DNA of 62,795 nt, filler included, from Bipalium vagum (Eukaryota): NCBI GenBank assembly GCA_037834085.1. It is 3 parts of 3 records of this genome, joined end to end, with 100 filler letters (N's around TTAATTAATTAA, not from the genome) between each part and the next. Parts side by side here need not be neighbours in the genome. Positions count along the whole stretch, not along the records: positions 43,585 to 62,795 come from JBBMKC010007400.1; 2 more parts are not named here. The stretch is one strand, 5' to 3'. This document shows, one piece after another, positions 53,401 to 62,795 of this stretch (position 1 is its first letter; each line of letters starts with the position of its first letter). The notes beneath the pieces were generated by a model. That model saw only the letters and a program-made list of their open reading frames with translations. It had not been told where the DNA came from and ran no database searches. Made by a program: the position numbers and the translations under genes.

Positions 53401-56400
53401 TTAAAATTAAATTCAGAATTGACTTTCTCTGAGAAAGAAATGTCCTGGAATTTGATTTCATTGGTTGGAATTATTTAGGTCACAGTGTTTCCTTTGGAAA
53501 CACTGTTGGGGAAAATATTTACTTGTGTTTAAAAATAGCTTTTGTTGATTAAAAATTAATTCAATGATTTAGATGAAAGTTTTCACACAAAATCGAAGTA
53601 GAATCAATTTGCACTTTAATTATTATCAATCATTTATTGACATTCAAAATTATTTAGTCTCGTTGCCGTTAGATTCATTGGCGAATGTTAAGTTTGGCAA
53701 ATTAGTGATGGAATTCGTGATTTATTTATTTCAAAACCATATCCGTTTCGTTGAGTTTGTAATTTGACTCGTTTCATCGATAGTATATAAATCAATGAAA
53801 AACAGTTTTAAGATCGAAGTTTGAAAACCCTGTTGGGTTTTTTATCATTTTATTGCTAAGCTTACCTAAGATTTTAAAATTCAAGAACGACTTAAAAAAT
53901 CCTTAAATAAGTCTCGTTTAGGACATTAATTGATAAATTTCCACATATTTTTCAAATATAATTTGGTAAAAAGTATTACGATTTATTTTTAAAATTTCTA
54001 ACCCGAAAACGACTAATCAATTGAAATCGGTGATATTTTATAAAATTTCAATTTGCATCATTAAGTATTTCCATGTGGCTCCAATCGTTAATAAGTGTAG
54101 AAGACATTTTATTATGTCTCATAATATTGAATATTGCATAATTATTATGAACAAGACTTCATTTTAGTTTGCGTAATTATGAAATGAGATACATCTGAAA
54201 AATCTTTTGTACATATCGCATTCATAAAAGTAGTTTTATGATAATAGCAGACCAAACATTACAAGCAAGTTAATTCAATAAAATTATATTCATTAAAACT
54301 TGTCTGATATCAGTTTAATTTGCGTTAAACGCTTTTAATGACGAAATAAGAAATAAAAATTAAAACAATATAATTAGTTCTGAAGATTAGTATCGTTAGA
54401 TGAAATCTTATTTGACATTTACTCTGTTTCGCAAGTGTTTAATAAAACTGGTCAGTAATTATTTCGTTTGCATGAATCCTTTCCCCTTAGAAGAACGGGT
54501 ACTGTCATTGGGTGAATTTTGAAAGCATTTGAAATATTTATTGCTAAAATTTTATTTTTATATATTATCGTGTTTGTTAATTACAATCGCTTTAGTCAGT
54601 GAAATACAAATAAATTTTGGTTTTATTATACAAATCAATAAAGAAACAGAGTTCTTAAATATTATTTATATTTGAGAACGTTTTACAAACACTTAATTAT
54701 CAAAATTATGTTCAGTCATAGTATTGATGTAGAATATTTGTAATTTTGGTAAATATCAACAAGTTCGAAAAAGTGAATTAATTTATGCTATACAATGGTC
54801 ACATTCTTTTTTAAATGTGAAGTCCATTATGCCTTGGTAAATCAAAATTGTATGTTGATAGAAAGTTTAGTCTGGATTAAATTCATATTTGGATTAACCG
54901 GATTCTGTTTAATTGAAGATTGTTGTTTGAAAATCTCAAGTGGAAAAAATTACATTATATTATACATAATATCAATGAATTTTAAAAATAGTGTTAAATA
55001 ATTTGCAATAAAAATGTTTTATATAACAAATTAGATAGTAAACTTTATTAATCTCAAGAGGATAACATTATTCGATCTTTGTTTGATCACAAGGATCAAT
55101 GATAGGCGAATCAACTTTACAAGATGAAAAATAATTAATAGTTGGTAGAACATGAAAAAACCAAAAAAAATAGTTAATACTGACAGATTAATCTTCTTCA
55201 TACACCGCTGACAACTTCAGCTGAAAATTCATTGTATTTAGTTCTGATACCTCACTGGCAACAGTTAAAAACTAAAGTCTCTGTACCCAGGTGCAATACT
55301 CATACCAATTAATAGAAAAACAAGTAATAATTAAATTTCTGTAAATTCAATTTTTCTTAGATGAAAACCCATTTCTAGTAATTGTTTGCGTTTTTGAAGA
55401 GAAATGTTGAAGAATATTGACCACATCGCCCGATAAATAATAAAATTTTTAATAATAATTAATAATAGCTTTAGCATTAATAAATTTAATAATAATCTTT
55501 AGCGAGAATTTCAAAAATATTTTAAGGTAGGCCAGAATATTGGGACTGATTTATTAATTATTTTAGCAGTTTTTGAGATAATTGAAGAAATAATAAATTC
55601 ATTTTAAAGCTTATTATTAATAGATCACATTGGTCGGATTAAGAGAGACTCATGTTATGTAAAGGTGTCCCAAATTCAGTATTCTTATACAGATCAGGTA
55701 GCTTAAAAGATATGAAAAAGTGTTGGTTGCGACAAGTTTATAAATTAAAGCTTAAATCATGATTTTAAGTATGATTACTATCGGATTCCGAGCGAGTTAG
55801 GTAACTAGTGGGCAACTTTTAAAGATTAGGTTCCTCCACAAGACCTGCAGAAGGTGGTTTGGTAAAATTATGTTGATTTTTTTTTTGTAAACTTTTGATT
55901 TAGAAAATTTTGTTTCCATTATCATATCATTATTGTTATTATCATTTCTTTTGTTTACAACACTTAATCTAGTCCATTACATAAATACAAAATTATCTCT
56001 CTATCGAGAACTTTAAGCGATCTTGAAACGTCAGAAGTAGACTACTGACAAACTCTGATTTTGATTTAAATCGCTGTGTCACAATTGAATAAAGTTTTAG
56101 ACTAGTTTAGTAAATCTAAACAAGACAACTGAAATTAACTTTATAAAAATGGTAGATCTGATTCTGCTTTTCATGATTTTCGCAATTATGCATTAATATT
56201 ATTTTTATTTTTATAGTTACAATGTTAATTATAGTAGTACTATATACACTATTTTATAAAATTAATTACTGTATTTTCATAACTGTGGCAGATTTCTCGT
56301 AGACTGAAATGTCTTTACGGAAATTTTGAAAATATTTATAATTACGAGTTTCAGAACATAATGTCTGTAATCAGAATTAAATTTTCTTATGTTACCAGTT

Positions 56401-56569
56401 CAAGCTTCACGTACTTTAGCACTTGATGATTCTCAGCAGTGTAAAATAAATGAAACAATACTGCAGATTTTTAAAAAAATTTCAGTCTTCAAATTGAATG
56501 TTTTTATTTAATATAACAATTGTTTTGGTTTGTCATTTTTAAACTGGTGCGCAACACCAAAATGAGATA

Positions 56570-57070
56570 GAATATAAATATAAAAGATAATCAAATTTAA
56601 TCGAAAAAATTAAGATGAATATCGCTCAAAATGTTGACATCACTTTGACTAATATGACACTGTCGATTATTGTGGAAAAATAGATAAATAATACTTTTTT
56701 GGTGTTAATGACACGATATACAATATTCATCATAAAAGGTCAAATTCGTTGAAGATCAATTTTTTGGATTTTGCATCATAATAATGTTCCTTCGCACAGA
56801 CCAATACTTGCACACAATTTTTTAGACGAAATAGAATCGGCCGAAAGCCAGAATATCCAGATATGTTCTCGTGAGATTTTCTTTATGTAAATTCAGATTG
56901 GCATTTTGATAAGGATGATTTCTTTGCAGAGATAAAGACATATTCAAAGAAGAATTGAAGAGTTTCAATCGATTATTAGACAAGTATATTATGTAAAGAT
57001 TTTAAATTAGAAAGCCATCACACAAACTTTTTTGATACTTAAAATAATTCAGTTTTTTTTAACAACTCCA
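56570..57070 (+). mobile_element. Mariner remnant
   Basis: ILHHNNVPSHR...PEYPDMFS*DF, a degenerate HDNAPSH / YSPDLAP. Confidence 0.55.
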
Positions 57071-57489
57071 AGTATTTATTTGGTAAAATATGACTTACAA
57101 TGAGATTCCAAACTTTGAGAAAACAGAAATACCAAACATTCATATCATTGACATAAATTGATCCGAATTTTAAATTTATTGATTCTATAAATATTTATAT
57201 GCAAATTAATTATTTTTGTGATGATATTAAATTTCCGAGAGTAAAATGACAAGGTAATTATCATTGATTAAATATAAATAATAAAGAAAACAAAATTTCT
57301 TTTATTCTTAAAAATTAGATTATTTAATTAATTAATAATCTTTTGTTATTAATCTGGCACTGTTGTTTAATTTTTCTAAGCTAAAACAATGAATTTTCAT
57401 ATAACTTCAATTTTCTTTTTAATATTCGTTTTTTAACTTCACAGAAGATAATAAGTTTGACAGTTATTTAGTAGTCGAATATTCATCAA

Positions 57490-58035
57490 AAGAAGCTAGT
57501 GATTTATGTTTAGTGGACAAGTCGTGAGTTGATACAGAATAATTTTATTGAAAAATCAATCAATCATAGCTGAGCTCTATTGTACTCAATTGAAAGAAAT
57601 TATGAAAAATCTTTCAGAAAAAAAAACCAAGATTGTTCAACAAAAATAAACCAATACTTCTTCATGACAACGCCCGCCCACAAATTACAAAGCGAGTGAA
57701 ACTAAAAATTTTAGAAATGAATTTTGAAACCGTTGATCATTCTCCTTATTCCTCAGACCTTGCATTTACCGACTATCATTTTTTCAGGAATTTTGATAAC
57801 TTTTTACAATGAAAAGAATTCCATTCTCCCGAGGCTGTCCAAAGTGCCTTTATGGAATTCATCGATTTTATGAAACCTGAGTTTTTTGATAATGGCATCT
57901 TCGAACTGCCAACAAAGTGGCAGTAATGTGTACCTGCTGATGGTGTTTATTTTGATTAAATAAATTGTTCATTGTCAAAGATTTCTATAATAAATGTTTG
58001 TTATTAAATCTGTGCATTTCATGCTTTATATAATA
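57490..58035 (+). mobile_element. Mariner C-terminal half
   Basis: LLHDNARPQ..VDHSPYSSDLAFTDYHFFRNFDNFL..GIFELPTKWQ. Confidence 0.88.
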
Positions 58036-58707
58036 GTATATATTTCTATCCTCAATTATCCAAGTTCTTGATTGTAAGGATTAGATTTAAATTAAAAGTT
58101 AAAAATTTTAAAGTTTAATAATTTTTACAAATTATTTAAAATAAATAATCAGTTAATCTCAAAATTAAAAGTGTATTAAATTAATCTTAAATAAATAATA
58201 TTAAATATAATTGATTTGTTTAAATATTAAATAAAGTGAGATCACTTTTTTAATTGCTCAATTATTTTCGTGAAATAAATATGACGTTTACTTTTGACTT
58301 AATGAGTCCGAACAATACCCAAAATGTGACAGTAACTAAAATTAATAATAATCCAAACTTTTTCACATCTCGAATACTCTGTACTAATCGTTAATAAACA
58401 TTGTTTGTTTTTATTCTTAACAAAATTAAATGTGGTAAAAGTGGATTTTTAATCTACGGAAAATACTTTCGCAAATATATATATATATATATCCACAAAC
58501 TAAAATTCAATTCGAAAAAATTTAGAGTTTTATACCACGAATAAACATGTTTAAGTGAAAGTAAAACATCTGAAGTCAGAGTTTATAATCAAAAGGAAAA
58601 TTTGATTATTGACAGGCCTAATCATTGAAACTTTCCCTGTGATATGACAAATACATTCTGAAATGGACAATCCTAGTGCCTTCATAATGAGGGAAATAAT
58701 TGTTTCT

Positions 58708-61700
58708 CGTTCTGTCTACCCGAAAATAAGTAACACGCGTTCGAAGCTTATCAATCTTGATTCGTGACATTTGGGATGGTAAAATGCCAAAGTTAATTGA
58801 AATATATTTTTCTCACTGAGCAACCTTTAAGGGAATCTTAAGTTTGTTTCACAAAAAAAATCAATGAAATACATTTTATTTCAACATGACTTTATAAAAA
58901 ATAAATGAAGACTTTACGAAAAATGCAGTCGCTTTTTCATTAATTAGACACGGAAAACAAGCAGTATTTTAATAAATTTGTTTTTTGTCCTTAGCTTACA
59001 AAAAGCAGAAAAACGAAGAATAATTAAATTTTAATGATAAAAGTAAATTGTTTACAGTAGTTTTTAATATTTTTAAAATATTCGAAAAGCTGAATTCCAG
59101 TAAAATAAAAATTTNNNNNNNNNNNNNNNNNNNNNNNNNNNNNNNNNNNNNNNNNNNNNNNNNNNNNNNNNNNNNNNNNNNNNNNNNNNNNNNNNNNNNN
59201 NNNNNNNNNNNNNNNNNNNNNNNNNNNNNNNNNNNNNNNNNNNNNTATTACTATTAATTATAAGCAGATTTCAACAGTTTTAAATTTGATATTTTAATTA
59301 AATTACATTATAAAATGAGTGAAAATAACAATTTCTATAAAGGACGGAAGAGATTTTGTCCTTGTTATTATAATAATATTTAACATTTAATTTTATCTGA
59401 TGATTGAAATTTCAATAATTTCTAATGTATAAATGAATAATAATTTCTGAATAAATTCGCACTTTTCTTCAAATTGGTATTTATATGTACCAGTGTTACA
59501 ACTGTCACTCTGGTTTTAGGTTATGATAACTTATTATTAATATGTTAATATTTCCATTTTGGAAATAAAATAATCTTTTGAGTTTCAGAAAAAGATACAT
59601 TGAGGAGATATAACTATGATTATGAAAAATAATTATTATAATTAAATAATAATAATAATAATAATAATTTAATAAAAATCAAATTTTATTGAAAAATTTT
59701 TTTTTCATACAATTCTTTATTTTATTTTCGAAAATCAATTAATTAATACAAAATATAATGAAACACTAAAATTAATATTAATCAACAAATAATCGAATAT
59801 TGTGAGAAAGGATGTTTTAATAATTAATTAATTTTACAATAAATTGTAATAAAATGTATAAATTCACAGTTGAATATTAATAAATAACAGAAGACAATTT
59901 TTTGCACAACGTGAATTATTGAAATCGGTGGAGTGATTTATTAGTCGAAATATTTTTTTCAGGTGTTTCTCAAGTGGCAACATTGAAAAGTCTTCACTGG
60001 CACTTTTCCATATAAAATAACGAGATAAAATAAATTCTTTCAATACCTTTATATAAAAAGACAAAATTCAGAGCTGTCCTGTAATGTTGGCCCATTAAGT
60101 CCCTAGGAATTTGTTGTAAAGAATTTTACAGAACAGCTGTTTAGCTGAAATAAGACTTGAAGGGCTTCAACGTTAATAAAGTCAGATCATCTGTTTGTTT
60201 CAATTCATTCCAAAAATAAGTAGTTTAAAAATTATAAATTATAATAACATTATTATTGGGGAATTTGTCCATTTTCTATAATTTTTGTAAAATAATTTTC
60301 CCGATCACCAAAAGCAGAAAATTCTTCGAATTATAAATTTTAAATATATTATTTATAAGTTAATATTAATTATATTATATATAATTTTTAATGAAAATCA
60401 ATATAATAAAAATTATCAAATATTGGAAAAATATCAATATTTTCTATATTTATTGTGTCATGTATTAAAAAAACCGATAAAATTAAAAGAAGAAAGAATT
60501 ATTATTTATTAAATGAATATTATTATATTAATGATATTATATAAATGAATGTTATTTTCAACTGAAAGTTTAATATTATTTAATTATTGTTAATATTAAA
60601 TAATCCCGTGGATTCTCCAGGCTGTTACGTTATTTTGATCATTATTATAAATGACATTAAATATTTTAATTTCTAATAAAATTATTTCAATTGTTTACTG
60701 AATAAATAATGTAACATCCATTACAATATAATTACTTGCTTGTCAATTAGATTCATTCTTCAGTGAATGCTGGACAATGTCTTTACAGATTACAAATTAG
60801 TAGAATAATTAAGCGTAATTATTTATAATTATTTATAATTTCCTATTCTTTAATTTTGGTTAAAACTTTTGTTTAAGAAAATAATATCAAATTATTAATT
60901 TTTTAAGTTAGAGCTGAGCATTTTAATCAATAAAATTTATTATTGCATAAACCACAAAAACCGCACATTTTAAATTTTATTATGTATATTTGTCAACGTG
61001 TTATTACGCTATTATTATATTTTTATTATTAAATGGGATTTTTCGAAAAGAATTTTCGTTTTTTGATAAAAACAAAAGTAAAATTACCTTGTGGTAAACA
61101 TATATTCTAATCAATTACATATTGACCGTTTTGGTCCAACACCCTTTGTCATCTTCAGGAGAGTTACAGAATACCACGTTCATAGAAGGTTACATCTTTA
61201 CTCGAAAAAAGCTGATCCAAGTGATTTTTGACCTCCTCATTGGAACTGTAACTTTTACCACCTAAAAAACTTTGTAAGAACCGAAAAAGGTAATAATCAA
61301 ATGGTGGATCGGGCAACACATCCCATCCAAGCTGTATCAAATGCTTTGTTTTTTTACCTCTTCGGAAATAAAAAAGTAATAAATGTCTGAAATGGGTTAG
61401 ATGCCAAACATTCCTTTCTAATTTTATTGACAAACGATCTGGCCACATTAAGAAATTTGGAAATTTCTAAGTCACTGTGTCCGGCGGTTAATGCAGCAAT
61501 AACTGCATGCCTTTTCATTATTTTCAAATTATCTCTTCCATTTCTAAATTAAAAAATAATTATTTAATGTTGTATCAATAAATATTGCAAATCAATTTTA
61601 GCGCCACTAAAAAATTATCATGATATATTTTAAAAATTTTTGTCCTCAAATAGCTGACGCACCGGTATATAGGAAAATGGATCTTACATCAACTTAGTCT

Positions 61701-62165
61701 TGAAAACGCGCATTACTTAACCTAATATTAAATTTTTGCAATTATTCAAAAATTTACCAATCAGTACATAAAAAATTTTTATTTATGACAGATCTTATTA
61801 ATAATGATAAATAATATATTTATAATTAATATTTCAATTTTTGTTTAAATTATTAAGAATTTTATTTTTAAAATAATTTGTTCAATTTACATAAATGACA
61901 GATTATAAAGTAAACTGTTTATATCTTAAACGGAACAGTTCATTCCAATAGCAACAACGTAAAGTATTTCCAAATTATGAGACAGGTTGTTTAAATTGTT
62001 TTCATTAATTTCTGTGACAATAGAAACTTTTGTCATCAAAATATCAAATCTAACACCAGTTTCATTATAAACCACTTGAATATCACTTAAGTGTTTCAAC
62101 GTCAGACGACCGACAAGAACTGTCATGAATCTCCAGATGGAAGCTTTGCGGAGTATCGCTTTCAT
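58708..62165 (-). CDS. Tentative multi-exon gene of unknown function; exons about 62165-61932, 60046-59868, 58824-58708, with possible further exons down to about 55060
   Basis: Open, GC-elevated segments (MKAILRKASIWRF..., VLKEFILSRYFIWKS...NIQL, LLSEKNIFQLTLAFYHP...) bounded by GT/AG with compatible phases. No homology recognised, and the model spans an N gap. Confidence 0.4.
61090..61350 (-). mobile_element. Mariner C-terminal remnant
   Basis: QLGWDVLPDPP..DYYLFRFLQSFLGGK..FYERGI. Confidence 0.85.
61440..61668 (-). mobile_element. Left end of the same maT-like family as 19452-20072
   Basis: 61529-61668 is nearly identical to 19933-20072. Confidence 0.8.
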
Positions 62166-62723
62166 TCTTACACTTTATCAGTTTTCACTGAACATAGAAA
62201 GATGTGTTTTAATTGTTTCGGCTTTTGATTTATTTTATTATTAATAATATTAAATATATACACTTATTTTTATTAAAATTTTTTTCATTAGATCAATATT
62301 TTTTGTTTTTCTGATATCTTTAGAAAACTTTAAGTCAAACATTATTATTATTTTTTTGTTTTATTGCTATTATATATTTCATTTTTCTAATGGCGTCCAA
62401 ACTTAACTCAATATTATTACAATTAGTTACTCTTATTTATAAAAATTGTTATAAAAATTGACCTAAGCAAACGTTTTGTATTTAAATAAATTTTCATGGG
62501 AAAATTTTAAAGATTCACTTTTACGAGGTAAAAATTATAAGGCATACATATTGTGTAAAACAACAAGAACAAGTTTTAAATGTGATCTAGCACTATCACT
62601 GTAAAGGTTACATGCCATAATTTCATAGATTCTTTGTTACCATAATGTAATTCTCTTTTTACATATTGGTATCTTTATTAAAGATTCATTACACTGTAAT
62701 GATAACGAATGTGAATGCTTCAT

Positions 62724-62724
62724 G

Positions 62725-62795
<71 letters not shown>
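62724..62795. repeat. (AAT)n microsatellite at the window end
   Basis: Direct reading of the sequence. Confidence 0.98.

Overview
AT-rich eukaryotic genomic scaffold, most likely an invertebrate animal (GT-AG introns, some only about 40-50 nt, plus mariner/Gypsy content). The window is not contiguous: two 100-nt artificial spacers (44N-TTAATTAATTAA-44N at 27164-27263 and 43485-43584) and two N gaps interrupt it. One gene is confidently identifiable: a 4-exon mitochondrial SpoU/TrmH rRNA methyltransferase (MRM3/RNMTL1-like, minus strand, 29640-32110, 348 aa), head-to-head with an orphan 196-aa ORF. Other host coding sequence (163-aa first exon, 402-aa low-complexity exon, two tentative multi-exon minus-strand genes) cannot be named. 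The rest is a transposon graveyard: about 18 decayed Tc1/mariner-superfamily fragments (DD34D mariner, DD37D/maT-like, DD41D-like, Tc1) and a decayed Gypsy/Ty3 element with three CCHC knuckles and its 5' LTR. The most notable unexplained structure is two dispersed LTR families that share a TGTWGGGTTT 5' end followed by an internal (AAT)n microsatellite. Each carries a conserved hairpin (with compensatory changes in family B) that encloses the TATA-like box, and one solo LTR (ATAT target-site duplication) is nested inside the microsatellite of the other family. No rRNA, tRNA or CRISPR was seen. All alignments and splice models were done by eye.
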